A stretch of 64,000 nt of DNA from Blastocladiella emersonii ATCC 22665 (Eukaryota > Fungi > Blastocladiomycota), in assembly GCA_025594325.1 (NCBI GenBank), contig JANHCV010000007.1:372001-436000 (forward strand), read 5' to 3'. Under the pieces are notes generated by a model, which saw nothing but the letters and a program-made list of their open reading frames with translations, was not told the DNA's origin and ran no database searches. A program made the position numbers and the translations under genes. Numbering within the stretch: the stretch's first letter is position 1; the number at the start of each line of letters is the position of its first letter. Below, piece by piece: positions 35,001-47,938 of this stretch.

Positions 35001-35635
35001 ACAAACCCGGAGTTGTGCTTGTCGAAATCGCGGTACCACGATTTCACGTCGAACCCGTGGTGACGCACGTACGCCCGGATCCGGTCAATCAGCTCGAGAC
35101 ACCGCGCCTGCGTCTTGGGGCTCAGCGGGCGGATGTCCTTGATCCACGCGCCCGGCGCCTCGACGGACAGCGTCGGCGTCTTCTCGAGGTACCGCTCGCC
35201 GAAGACTACACGATCGAGTGTCAGCCGCTCGCCCTCCTAACCCATGATCCCGTGCGTACCCTTGTCAACCGACTCGATGAACGCCGAATAATTGACCGTC
35301 CCGTTCCCGCGCGTATCGTAGTGCCGCTGCAGCACGCCGTACTCGCCGTCGCTGAGCTGCGGGCCCTTCTCGATGCTCATCGACAGGCACCGGCGGAACT
35401 GGCCGTACGAGATGAACCCGGAGTGCAGCCGGTCGTAGTCCTTATAGTACTCGGAGATCCGGATCCGCGCGCTGTACACGTGCGACCGGATCTTAGACTC
35501 GATGATCTCGAGCTCGGACGTCGCGACGGGGCGGGGTTTGGGGGTCGTGTCGCCATCCGTGTCGGGCGAGGTGCCAGGGGCGGACGAGGGCTCGCCGGGC
35601 CCGCCGCCGCTGGATGCGGGATCCATCATCATCAT
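32085..35635 (-). CDS. Large multi-EF-hand protein (8 paired EF-hand modules; EFCAB6-like, ciliary type), 7 exons
   Basis: Repeats of the type RIRLxDLFRDYDRxxxGxVTxxQFxxxL...VNYxxFxxxVD. Introns 35259-35206, 34860-34802, 34426-34370, 34295-34238, 33954-33887 and 33574-33512 all restore the frame. Confidence 0.88.
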
Positions 35636-35962
35636 TGCGGTTTGTGTTGCGAGGGGTGCGGTTGCATGGAGAGAGCGCGTTGATGAGGTAGCGGTGACGT
35701 GCGGGCGTATTATTGCGCCGACGCGGCGGCGAGCGCGCGCGCGCGTGTCTCCTCGCGGTGCGAGACATCGACGCGTTTATCACGTGCCCCTGAACACGCC
35801 CTTTCGCCCGCGCTGCTCTCTCAGCTCGTCGCTCAGGTCCCCGTAGTCACGATGCACGACCGTGGCGCGCGTTGCAGCGCGTTTCGCAAGGTGAGGATCG
35901 AGGATGGCAGTCACAAAAGCCGCGCGCGGATATATTCGCCTCCTCCCCTCCCCGTCGCTCGT

Positions 35963-37231
35963 TCATTCAGAGATGGTGTAGCTGAAGAAGAGCAGCTTGA
36001 GCAGCAGCGCGAACACGGCGTGGGCGGCAGCGGCGGCGAGGAGGACAAACTTGACGACGTGGCCCGGGATGGCCTGGGGCCGGTTGGTGGTGAGCTCGGT
36101 TAGCTGCAGGTGCACGTTGCGGCCGAGGAAGAGGCCTGTGCGGGCGAGGTGTATGAGTGACGGTGAAGACCAGGAGATGCGGCGTGGGACGTACCAGTGA
36201 GCAGGAAGGCGAGCGCGACGAGGATCCACCGGACCGCGTCGATCGGAACGACGCACACGAGCTACACTCCCCTCACGTCAGCCCAGCTCTTCGACTAGCA
36301 CTCGAGACAAGCGTACCGTGATCGGGATCCACATAGCCATCCCGTACCCATAGATGGCCCAGAGATCGAGCAGCCCGAGGTGGCGGCCGTAGTACCGCGA
36401 CACGCCCCACATGGCCGACGGGGTCGCGAACGTGTAGGCGTAGACCGTGGACATGGCGGCGCTCAGCCGCGTGAAGTCGTAGACGTAGGGCTTGGCGGCC
36501 ATGTACGACGCGATCGAGTGCGCGAGCGAGCTCGTCACGAACAGCGCAAAGATGAGCGTCGTCGGCACCCAGAACGGACCGTACAGCTCCTGCTTGACGG
36601 CCAGCGCCGACACGAACTGGTTGTTGGGGTACAGCGCCAGGCGCGCGCGCAGGAGGATCTACGCGATGGGTCGGTGCGTCAGCTGCATGACGGGGAGTGG
36701 GGTTCGGAGGGAACCGTACGTCGGCCGTGTCCACGTCAAAGTACCGCGCGTAGTACTCTATCTGCCACATCTTGGCGTCGGCCGGCGGCGGGAGCGGCTG
36801 CCGCATCGGCTCGGGGCCTGCACCGCCGCCGGCCGCGGTGGCCGTGGTGGGCGACGACGGGATTGGCGCCGTCGAGTAGCTGCCCGCAGCGGGCGTGCCC
36901 ATCTTACCGGCGACGAGCGGCGTAGGCGACGCGGCGGGAGGAGCCGGGGAGGTGCCGGCAGGAGGCACGGGGCTCGCGGACGCTGTGAACTCTGCACGGC
37001 GGCCACGAGAGTCAAGCAAGGCTCACAGCAGAGCCGAGAGCGAAGTACGTACGCTGGAAGGCCAGCCGGTCATTGTCGTCGAGAGCCAGCGACGCGGGCT
37101 GGAGCACCGGCGACGCGCTCGGCGGCACGATCGCCTACACTTGGCCGCGGTCAGCGCACGGTCCGCGGGAGCACATCTGGTGCGACAAGGCCCACCTGGT
37201 CGTCGTCTTTCAGCGACTGGTACTTTGACAT
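35963..37231 (-). CDS. YIP1-domain membrane protein (YIPF1/2-like)
   Basis: WQIEYYARYFDVDT, ELYGPFWVPTTLIF and IYGYGMAMWIP motifs, 5 TM helices, multi-exon model starting MSKYQSLKDDDQ. Confidence 0.92.
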
Positions 37232-37543
37232 GGTTCCATGGGATGCCGAGGCAGTGGAGAGAGGGCAAGGCAGCGCGGCGAGGGAGAAGGCCGACGCGTG
37301 TCGGCGCCTCGCCCGAAACGGTCACCTGAGCGCCGCTCTCTCGACGTCTCTTCTCCCCTCGCTCCCCTTTCCCATGCATCTCGCGCCGTTCCGGCCGTAT
37401 CCCGACAACCTCACTCCATGCAACGAACCGAACGGCCCACGTTGCGCCCGCGCCAGCGGTCCGAGTCGAGCAAATCGGCAACCGCTCGCCCAGGAGAGTT
37501 GGTAGGAGGGGGCAACCCTGTCATCCCTGGCTCGGCCGGTCCC

Positions 37544-38987
37544 ATGGCTGCTCTCGCTGCCGCGCACCCGCAACCTCGCCCACACCACCACCACCACCAT
37601 CACCAGCACCACCACGCGGGCCCGCCGACGCACGCGTCGACGGCGTCGAGCAGCTCGACGACCGTCTCGTCGAACGCGCACTTTGTGACGCAGCGCGAGA
37701 GCAAGCTGCCGCTGGCCTCGGGCCACTTCTACGGCGCGTGCCGCAACATCGAGGACTACGTCAAGGGGCAGAAGGTCGGCGAGGGCACCTACGGCGTCGT
37801 GTACCGCGTCCAGGACTCGCAGGACGCGAGCGGCCGCCAGTACGCCGTCAAGCGGATCCGCATGGATAACGATAACGACGGGTTCCCGATTCCGAGTATC
37901 CGCGAGGTCACGCTGCTACGCCAGCTCAAGCACCGCAACGTCGTCCATGTCAAGGAGGTCGTCGTTGGGGATACCCTCGACAAGACGTTCATGCTCATGG
38001 AGTTTTGTGACCGCGATCTCGCGTCGCTGCTCGACCGGTTGCCTGAGCCGCTCGGGGAGGCTGAGAGTACGTTTCATCTCGACTCCTTGCTGGCGTGTGT
38101 GACTGACCCCCGCGCATCTCCATAGTTCAGTGCCTCATGCGCCAGCTGCTCGAGGGCATGGAGTACCTGCACACCCACTTTGTCATCCACCGCGACCTCA
38201 AGCTCGCCAACCTGCTCCTGACCCAGCAGGGCGTGCTCAAGATCGGTACGCTCTCCCTCGCACCTTCCCTCTTCCCCTGCCCACTCAACATCCACCAAAC
38301 TATAGCCGACTTTGGCCTCGCCCGCAAATTCGGCCTCCCGCCGCGCCCCATGACCCCCAAGGTCGTGACGCTGTGGTACCGCGCGCCCGAGCTCCTCCTG
38401 GGCGAGCGCACCTACACGGTGGCCGTCGACAACTGGTCCGTTGGGTGCATCTTTGGCGAGCTCGCTCTCAAGAAGCCGCTGATCCCGGGCAAGACCGAGC
38501 CCGAGCAGCTCGACCACATCTTTCGCCTCATCGGGCCTCCCACCGACAAGGCGTGGCCCGGGTGGAAGAAGTTGCCGCTCGCGGACGCACTCGCGGTGCC
38601 CAAGGACATGTACGTTCGCTATGCGAAGCGGGTGAACGGACGACACTAACGCGCGCGGGATGTGTAGCAAACCGACCTTCTATGACCGGTTCCGCGGGCT
38701 CACCGACGTCGCCCTCGACCTCCTCAAGCGGTTCCTCTCTTACGACCCGGCGCGCCGCATGACGTGTCCCGACGCCCTCCACCACGACTACTTTTGCGGC
38801 GGTACGTGTGCCGCTCACTCATCTGCCGCCGACCCAGACTGACACCACGAATGTGAATGTAGCGGCGACCGACGAGGCGCCGCTTCTGCGCAACCGGCAC
38901 ATCATGGCGCAAATGGACGAGTCGACGGGCCAGTCGCGCGAGCTCGCCAACCGCGCGCATGAGCAGAAGCGGCGCCGGTTACGCTGA
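37544..38987 (+). CDS. CMGC cyclin-dependent kinase, CDK10/CDK11-like, with a poly-His N-terminus
   Basis: [37 protein letters not shown] and [14 protein letters not shown]. Four short introns. Confidence 0.93.
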
Positions 38988-39091
38988 TCGATGGACGACC
39001 GAGGCCATGTACATAGAACAGATACCGTGTTTCATTCACTCTCTTGGACTCGACCAAACCATCCTCAAACTCGAGCTCATAACACGCGTAC

Positions 39092-40489
39092 TCACCCGAC
39101 GGTCGGCACGGCCGTGTCGTTGGTCATGCTCCACCCGGGCGGGAGCCCCGCGGGCGGCTTGCCCTGCATGTCGATCCCGGCGGCCACGTCGATCGGCGCG
39201 CCGTGATCCGCGGGCTCGCCGCGGGCAATGGCGGCGCGGCGGTGGGCCATGGCGAGCTCGCGGCGGTGGGCCTCGTCCTTGCGGGTCTGCTCGATGCGGT
39301 AGAAGAGCGACCCGTCGTACTGGGCGCGCATGTACTCGCGCGGCATGATGCGCTCGCCCGAGGTCGGGTCGCGCTCCATGCACAGCAGGTACAGCGTGCC
39401 GAACTCGAACTTGGCCGCGAACCACCCGAACGGGTCCGTCGCGCACCGCAGCGCCTCGGTCATGGCCAGGCCCTCGGCGAACGTCAGGTACCCCGGGTTG
39501 GTCTTGGCGTACTTGGCGAACAGCTCTGTGCGATGGTGGGTCGGCGAGGGTGAGTCGGGAGTCGGGCAAGAGACGGTGGCCGCGCGCAGAGAGAAAATAC
39601 GGACCCTCGAACTTGGCCGGGATGAAGCGGCCCTCCGTGTCGTAGGTGCCCGAGTCGCTGCCGTGCTTGGCCTTGTGGATGTTCTGCGCGCGTGCGCGCG
39701 GGTGAGGGGTGCGTTAGCCATGACCACCGACCGACTCGACGTGCTGACCAGGGAGCCCGTACCTCGACGTGGATGTAGAACTATCCTCGCAGGAACGAGC
39801 GGACGCGGCGAGCGTCAGTCACTGCCATGGCCAACACCACACACCACCGAGTAGAAAACGCACCCGCGGGTCCGGGATCCACGACTTCTGGGTCACGTAG
39901 GCAAAGTTGAGGTTGATGACGAGCATGGCCGCGATCGAGAAGAGGATGTTGAACCCGAGCGCGCGGAAGCCCTGGTACGTCTCGAGCGGCGTGATGATGC
40001 CGTCGTTGTTGCTGCGCGTCGTCGCGCGTCGTCGCGTGTTGCGGGCCGTCAGCGCACGCGGGTGGGCGCGCGAGAAAGGATAGGGAAGCGTACCGGTCAA
40101 AGAACATGACGTGCTGCTGGAGCACCGACATGTTTTCGTGCGGGTTGTGCAGCGTGCCGTCGGGGTGGTCCGCGTCCACGGCGCGCGTCGCGCGCGGCAG
40201 CCCTGGAGCCCGCAAGAGCGAAACATCATCAGTCCCCGTATCACGGCGGGCACCCCACACACGCCGGCAACGTACACGGCGCAGGAATCGCCTCGTCGAG
40301 ATCGTGCGGCAGCGGGCGGTCGAGCGTGACGCGCGCCGCCGACGTGCCCGTGACCACGTGCGTTGTCGCGTCGCACACCGTCTCGATGCCGTCGTCGTTG
40401 ATCAGCGTGCCCGCCGGCGACGACCGCGCCGTGCCCGCGTCGCCGCCGCCGCGGTGGCGCAGCTCGGACTTGGCGGCGTGGTGGGACAT
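39092..40489 (-). CDS. Caleosin / peroxygenase
   Basis: LQQHVMFFD|[16 protein letters not shown] (EF-hand), a hydrophobic hairpin with a PDP knot, [26 protein letters not shown] and YDGSLFY. Multi-exon. Confidence 0.93.
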
Positions 40490-40975
40490 GGTGGATGGTG
40501 GTGGTGTGTGTGGTGGTGTGGTGGATGATGATCGGGACGGAGATGTCTCAGCGGACGAGAGAGAGCGGGCGGCCCGCGGCTGCTGCATCGCTGATGGCGG
40601 GGCGGCCCAGCTCGTTCGATGCGCGCCGATGCCCGCCGCCCGAGCAGATTCACGCGCAGGCGGGCGGGCAAGCAGGTCAGCGCGGCGGCGCTCTCACGGG
40701 CAAGCCGAGCGACCGAGCAACGCGCGGTGTTCCCGTCGCACCCACCGCCCGCCCAACGCGCGTTTGTGGCGCAACGCGTCTCACCTCACCTCACCTTCTC
40801 ACCTCGCTGTCTTCGGTCGCCCCAGAGGGACCTCTGATCGCACGCTGGACCAGTTAAAACGTGGAGTGTGTGTGAAATACCAGAAACTCTCTCGAGAGCG
40901 CGGCGGCGGCAGAGGGGCACAAAACAAGGGTAAAACGAGGTGACACCATCGACCAGAAACGCGCCGGCCGCGCAG

Positions 40976-42385
40976 CTAGAATACAATGGCGCCGAGGAGG
41001 AACGAGACGACCGCGACAATGAACACGAGCTGTGGCGGGTAGTAGCTCGGGTTGACGATGGTGCGCGTGATGACCTGCGGCTGCGCGGGTGCGGCCGACG
41101 CAGCGGCGGATGTTGGCGCGGCGGCGGCGATGGGCGCGGGCACCGACCGCTGCCGCAGCGTGGCCGCCGTGGCGTTGGCCTGCTGCAGCTGCTGCGTCAG
41201 CTCGGCGATCTTGCGCTCCTTTTGCGCCGTCGCGTCCTCGAGCGTCGCGATCCGCGCCTCGAGCGTCTTGACGTTGGCCGCCAGCGTCTTCTCCATCGAG
41301 ATCTACACGTGTATCCCAACCAGTCAGTCGCGAGGTCGGTGGAACGCGCACGACCAAGTCGTACAACGGTCTCGGCGGGCCGCGAGGGGGCGTGGGACGC
41401 GGCGAGCGGGAGCGGCGTCGGGAGGGCCGGCGCCACGGGAGCGCGGGCGACAGGAGCAGCGGGGGCAGGGGCAGCAGCGGGGATATCGCGCGACGTGCTC
41501 TGGAACGTGGCCGAGCCGGCGAGACTCGGCATCGACGTAGACCCGTTATTGCCCGACGCGGCGGGGTTCGGGATCGCGGCCATGGGCAGCGTCACGGGAG
41601 CAGCGGGCACGACGGCGGGCGCGGCCGAGATGGGCGCCGGCACCGCGGGCACGGGTGCGGGAGGCGCAGCGACCGGGAGGGGTGGCGTGTACGCGGGCGG
41701 GGCGGGCGGCTCCTCGGTGCCGGCGGCGGCGCGCTGGAGCGTGTGGGTGGCGGCGGACATGTCGGAGCGCGAGGGGACGGCGCTCATCATGGGCGATTTG
41801 GGCGCGGCCGACCACATGGCGCTGTTGTTCCCGTCGTCGTCGTTGCCGACCATGGACCCGCCGGCGGGCGAGTCGCCGGGCAGCGTGACGCGGAGCGGGT
41901 CCGACCCGCCGCTGTCGCCGGACCCCTCGTTGCCCGAGGCGTCGAGGTACGCGCAGCGCAGCTTGTGCTCGACGATCTCGTCCTTGCGCGACTTTTCGAT
42001 GATGGGCCACAGGTCGGCCGAGGCAATGTCCACCTCCATGGACGCGATCTTGACGCTCTGCACGAGGAACTTGTCCTTGCACTTGAAGCCCGGCGGCGGG
42101 TCCACCTTCATGGGCTGCAGCAGCACCGACACCTCGATGGTCTCGCGCGGGCCAATGTTGCCGCAGTTGGGCCGCACGCAGTACTGCTTGGGCGCCGTCG
42201 TCTTGACCTTGAACGCAATGGTCGTGTCCGTCACGTTGCGCACGCGCAGCGTCGACGTGGCGCCCTCGGCGAACGGGCCTACGAGCGAGGGGCGGGTCAG
42301 CGGGGGCTCGCTGATGGGGCGAGCGGGTAATCAGGCGTACGCTGGAACGCCAGCTGCTGCGGCGGGTCGAGCTCGACAATGGTCA
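40976..42385 (-). CDS. SCS2: VAMP-associated protein (MSP domain, coiled coil, C-terminal TM)
   Basis: FKVKTTAPKQYCVRPN and CKDKFLVQS. Intron 42340-42279. Tail anchor LVFIVAVVSFLLGAIVF. Confidence 0.95.
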
Positions 42386-43199
42386 TGCTGCTGAATGTTG
42401 CTCGGAGTGTTGCTGACTGATGGGTGCAGCAGCAGATCCAGTGCGCCGAGTCCGATCACACCACGACGTCCGAGAAATCACACCCGGGCGCGCGGGGAGC
42501 ACGCAGAAGGTTAAGCGGCGAGCAGTAGTGGGGCAGGCATCAGGGGGACGCGCGGAGGTGTGGGAGACGAGTCCGAGGGCGATCCGCAGCGAGCGCAAGC
42601 GGCACAGCGTGCGTGGTGGCGGGCGGGTCGAGGGACGAGCGATACAAGGGAGGGCGCAAGGGTCAGCTCGCCGTCGACTCGAAGAGTTCATCGCGGAGCG
42701 GCCTTACGTTGCGTGTCGCTTGGCAGCGCGAGCGGGCGGGCGGCGCGAGTGCGGGCAGCGCGGCGGTTCAGGTATGCTTCGTGGTTGCGGGCGGTGGCGC
42801 GAGCTGTCGTCGCGAAGCTTACGTGGTTGGGGAGGGTCGGGGCAAGGTCGGCAGCCAGGATCGTGGCGGCGTGGCGCGGCGGCCGCTTCTGCAGCCGAAC
42901 GGGGATTCACGCGTCGGTTCGTATCAGCTGATTTGCGACAGGAGTGGCAGGCTTCCGGGGAGCGCATCTGATTGGCCGACGGGCGTGGCACCGCTGAAAC
43001 GCGGACTCGAAACGGCCCGCCCTTCTCGGTGCGGCTTCTCTTGGCCCTCGTCATCCACCGTCCACGGCAGCAGCTGCCTGATCCGGCCCCGAATGCGAGG
43101 CCAGTGCGAGGGCCGGGGTGGCAGGCAGGCGAGCGGCCCGGAGAACTCTCTCTCTCCCCAACCACTGCGCCTCTCTAACTCAGCAGCACACTGCACACC

Positions 43200-44475
43200 A
43201 TGAAGCACTCGCACCGCCGGCCAACGCTACTCCTGGCCACGCTCGTCGCCGCCCTGGCCCTCGTCGCCTCGGTGCACGCGGCGGTCGGGATCCCCGACGC
43301 GCGCGACTGGTGCATCCGCACGCGCGGGTGCATCATCCCGCCGTCGGACCTGGTCAAGTCGAACCGCGACCTCGAGGCCAAGCTGCTCGGCGACAAGAAG
43401 GTGTGCGGCGACGGCGTGTGCAACGTCGCCCAGGGCGAGACGTGCGACTCGTGCATGGGTACGCTTCGCGGCCACGATCTTGTTTGATGGCGGTGCTGAC
43501 CCATGCGATCGGATAGCCGACTGCGGCAAGTGCCAGTACGCCGTGCCCTTCACGCAGTGCGTGCAGCCCGGGACCGTCGCGCTGACCTTCGACGACGGGT
43601 TCGCCAAGTACACCGAGTCGCTGATCGAGATCCTCGACAAGGAGCAGATCAAGGGCACCTTTTTCACCATCGGCGAGGCTATCATGGCCAACGCCACCAA
43701 CTGGCCCATCATGCGCAAGGCCATGGCCAACGGGCACGAGGTTGCGAGCCACACTTACACGCATCGGTGGGTCAAGGCCAACTGCACGGATCGGATTAGC
43801 TTCTCCTACTGACATGCAATGCGCGCGTATAGGAACATGGGCAAGACGGGCCAGGTCGAGCCCGAGTCCCCGCGCGGTAAGATGATGACCGAGGCCGAGA
43901 TGCGCACTGAAATTCTCCTGGGCGACCTCGCCGCGCAGCACGCGCTCGGCAAGCGGCCGCGCTTCTTCCGGCCGCCGCAGCTCGACTACCGCACCGAGAC
44001 GATCCGCGTCATCGAGACGCTCGGCATGGTGCCCATCAACGTGAACGTCGACACGCGCGACTGGGAGGAGAACGCCATGCACGCCAAGGACGGCACCCTC
44101 CCGTCGACGCAGGACATCATCGACAACTTCAAAAAGTCGTACGCCGAGGCCAAGGAGCGCAACGCCAAGTCGTTCATTGTCCTGCAGCACGACCTGTACA
44201 ACTTCTCGATCGCCGCCGTCCCCGAGATCATCAAGATCCTGCGCGCCGACAAGCTCGAGTTCGTGCCCATGAGCAAGTGCCTCAACGAGACGCCCTACCG
44301 CGACCCGACCGACAACCCGTTCCTCAACCCGCGCTACGGCAAGCTCTCGGCCGAGATGGCCGCCATGTCCGCGTCGATCCTCGTCAGCGCCGCGCCCGCC
44401 GCCCACCTCGCCTCCATCGCCGCGTCCGCCGTCGCGTCGGTCGCGATGGTCGCCGCCATGGCGCTCCTGCTCTAA
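43200..44475 (+). CDS. Secreted, probably GPI-anchored CE4 polysaccharide (chitin) deacetylase
   Basis: Signal peptide, LTFDDG, HTYTH, FFRPP, DTRDW and IVLQHD motifs, hydrophobic C-terminus. Two introns restore the frame. Confidence 0.93.
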
Positions 44476-44824
44476 GGCGTCTACTCTCTCTCTCGCGTGA
44501 TTGCAAACCTCCCCCTCCCATTTTGCCGTGTAATAGCTTCCCTCCTCCCACCTAATGTGACCCCCAAAAGTGTATTTTGCTTCATTTACGCGCGAGCGAG
44601 CTGAGCGGGTCGAGCTGAGCCACCCCTGGCTGGCAGTGACGGCGGGGTCGGCGGCGGTGGGTGATCGGCGAACACGCACGCGCAAACGCGTCTCGCGGCC
44701 CCCGCTGCACCCATCACCTGACCGCGCTGCCGCCGCCGCGAGACGCGTTGTTCAGGGATCGCGCGCCCCCTCTCCCCTCTCCCCTCTCCCCTCCCCTCGC
44801 CTCCCCAATACCACACATTGCGCA

Positions 44825-46484
44825 ATGGAATCGACGATCCGCTTCGAGGACCTGGAGCTGAAAACCGAACTGGGCCGCGGCCTGTTCGGCGTCGTGTACC
44901 TGGCCGAGTACCTCGGGACGCAGGTCGCCGTCAAGGAGGTGTTCCGGATCCCGGGCGTCGAGTTCGCGAAATATTTCGCCCGCGAGGTCGACGGCCTGCG
45001 CGAGGCGCGCCACCCGAACTGCATCCAGTTCATGGGCATTGCGCGCGACGAGCCGGGCAACCGCGACTTTATCGTCACCGAGTTTGTGCCCGGCGGCAAC
45101 CTCAGCGATAACTGGATTCATGACGAGTCGAGGGAGCTGCCGTGGCGGCTGCGGGTCTCGTTCGCCACGGATATCGCGCGCGCGCTTGCGTACCTCCACG
45201 CGCGGGAGATGATTCATCGGTACGCCTTGGCCGTGATGAGCGGTGCTGGGTCGCGTCGCTGATGTATTGCCATGGCTGGGGTAGTGACCTCAAGGGCAAG
45301 AACCTGCTCGTCACCGAGAACAAGCGGATCAAGGTGTGCGACTTTGGCCTGTCCCGGATCCGCGCGCGCACCGCCGACGAGCGCAAACGCGTACGCTCTC
45401 CATCCATCGCACGGACCGCTCGGCGCAAACTGACCCGCGAGTCCGCCCGCAGATGTCGTACTGCGGCACCGACGCATACATGGCGCCCGAGATCATGCTG
45501 TGCATGGACCTCGACAGCGCGGTTGACATCTTCAGCTACGGCATCATCCTGCTCGAGCTGATCACGCGCCACCCGGCCGACCGGTACCAGCGCATCATCC
45601 CGGGGTTCGGCGTCGACACGGCGCTCCTCGCCCCCTACACGCCCGACGACACCCCGCCCGCGCTGTGGTCGCTCGCGTGCAAGTGCGTCGAGCCCGAACC
45701 CGCCGACCGGCCCGGGTGGCGCGAGATCCTGGGCACGCTCGCGGGCATCGAGGTCGCGCTCGTCGCCGAAGCCGCCGCTGCGCTCCACTCGGCGTCCGCG
45801 TCCCGCCGGTCATCGGCCGTCGTCAACTACGACCGACCGGCGCGGCGCGCGACTGACGAGACGTCCGAGGGGAGTGTGGCGGGGGCGGCGGGCGGGGCGG
45901 AGGATGAAGGCGGGGAGGAGGTGCCCGTGCCGCCGCTCCACCTCGGCGCCGAAATGGTCGACCGGCTCGCGGCCAACGCGCGGTCGCCGAGCGAGCCCCT
46001 GCTGCACCTCGGCCACTCGGAGAGCGTCGCCGACGACCTCGAGTCCCTGTCGACGCTCGCGTCAAGCTCGGTCCCCGCGTCCGCCACCTCACCCTCACCT
46101 TCGCCCGCCGCCGCGACGGGAAGCAACGGCACCCTCGAAGCCCCGCTGTCGCCCGCGAGCCCCGACGACGACGGCGAGCCGCCCGTGGTCCCGCACCGCT
46201 TCTCGCTGCTCATGCCGCCGTCCATGGACAAGTGCAAGATGTGCAAGAAGCGGTTCGGCATGCACCGGCGGCTCGTGTGCGACGACTGCGGGTACGCGTG
46301 CCACCGCAAGTGCGCGGCCCTCGTCCCGCCGCTGTGCGCGCTCAAGGGCGGCATCAAGGCGTACCACGAGCGGTACCTCGAAGACCTGATGCGGCGCAAG
46401 CCGGCGGAAGGGTCGCTGGCCAAGTCGCCGCCGGGTGTCGTGTCGCCCACGGGCGGGTCGCGGAATAAGCTCGCGGGGGTGTAG
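44825..46484 (+). CDS. TKL (LISK/TESK-like) protein kinase with a C-terminal C1 zinc finger
   Basis: LGRGLFGVV, VAVK, HR|DLKGKN, DFGLSR and SYCGTDAYMAPE. C1 motif HRF..CKMC..CDDCGYACHRKC..C. Two introns. Confidence 0.93.
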
Positions 46485-46740
46485 TGGCGGTAGAATAAAA
46501 TGGAGCGACTTCATGATCACTTCACGGTGGCGGACTCGGCGGTCCAGACCCTGACGCGCAGCACAAACGCGTCGCGCGTCACAGTCACATCGCGCCACTC
46601 GCCGCGCGCGCTTTCGCTCGCCCGCCCACGCCGCCCACGCCGCCCCCGGCTGCGCACCCATCCGCCCGCTCGCTCTCCTCTCCCCTCCGCTCTCCCTTTG
46701 CGAACCCACGCCTCCGAAGACGAAGCAACGCATCAACACC

Positions 46741-47538
46741 ATGCAATCGACGCGCCTGTACACCGCGTTCGCGCGCGGGCTGCCTTCCGCCTCGCTGATC
46801 ACGCGCGGACTCCCCGCCGCCGCCGCCGCGCCCCGCTTCCGCCGCCAGCTGCACCTCGATCGCACCCTCGTCACCCCCGCGGCGTGCGAGCTCGACGACG
46901 CGACCGACCGCGCCATCGCCGGCGAGACGGCCGAGCGCGAGGGCATCATCGAGTCGGTCGTCGAGCCCGAGTCGGCCGAGGTCCCGCCGCCCCCGCCCGC
47001 GCACCACCCGGGCAAGCCGTTCGCGGGCGCCGACGACGAGCCCGCGCCGTCGCCGCAGGACGCGCCCGTCGCGGCTAAGTCGAGCAACAAGCACCGTACC
47101 ACGACGCCCGAGGAGAAGGGCGGGGATGGGGATGATGATGGGAACCCGACGTTCGAGCACCCGGACGACCTGTTCACGGGTATCTTCGGGTACCGGCTCA
47201 ACTTCGGCCTCGGTCGTCGTGTTCCTGCGCTCGTCCCGATCTACGTCCCCGTGCGCGCGTTCGCGACCAAGTCCGCGTCGCTCTCGTCGTCGTTGGGCGC
47301 GCGCCCGCCCATGCCGCTGCGCCCCGAGGACCTCGACACCCCGTTCCCTGAGGGCGGTGAGTCGTTCCCGCACGCCGACCGCGCCGCTGCCGGCCACGAC
47401 GCGCTCGCGCCGCGCCCTGAGGACGTGGACAAGCCCGAGCTCCAGGACGGCGCGATCCGGAACCCCGCCGACGAGCTCGACGATGAGCTCGTCGACCTCG
47501 ATCTGCCCGAGGGCGCCGGTACCGCGTTCGGTCGCTGA
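46741..47538 (+). CDS. Hypothetical protein with a mitochondrial-presequence-like N-terminus
   Basis: 265-aa ORF with core-like codon bias. The first ~35 aa are R/S/A/L-rich and free of acidic residues; the body is acidic and Pro-rich. Confidence 0.65.
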   Translation: MQSTRLYTAFARGLPSASLITRGLPAAAAAPRFRRQLHLDRTLVTPAACELDDATDRAIAGETAEREGIIESVVEPESAEVPPPPPAHHPGKPFAGADDEPAPSPQDAPVAAKSSNKHRTTTPEEKGGDGDDDGNPTFEHPDDLFTGIFGYRLNFGLGRRVPALVPIYVPVRAFATKSASLSSSLGARPPMPLRPEDLDTPFPEGGESFPHADRAAAGHDALAPRPEDVDKPELQDGAIRNPADELDDELVDLDLPEGAGTAFGR

Positions 47539-47725
47539 GCCGGCGGTTTTGGGTGGATGCGAGGGGACGACGCGTGGCGCGTCGCGAGTGATGTGACGAG
47601 TGATGTCGGCGAGACAGAGTGTGCGCAAGCGTTATATGATTATCTGTCCGTGTATCTCGCTTGCGATTCAGGGTATAGATCTCGGTAGAGCTGGACAGGC
47701 CGGACCCCGCGAGCCACCCTGCTCG

Positions 47726-47938
47726 TCAACCACGACGTGCTTGCTTCGCCAAGTTGCCCGTCAAGTCGAGCGATTCCAGGCGTGCAGGCAGATGAATGCC
47801 AAAGTCCGCGAACGTTGTCAGGTGGTCAAGGCCGCCGAGAACGCTGAATCCGAGTGGGAGGTGCGCGAGGGAGCGCGGAAAGTGACGCGCGAGCTCCCCA
47901 GCGCGGGCACGTGGTGGCTCAGCGACGCGTTGCGCCAC
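47726..47938 (-). pseudogene. Short RNI-LRR relic
   Basis: ELARHFPRSLAHLPL and GIHLPARLESLDLTGN match the repeat style of the neighbouring LRR genes. Confidence 0.5.
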
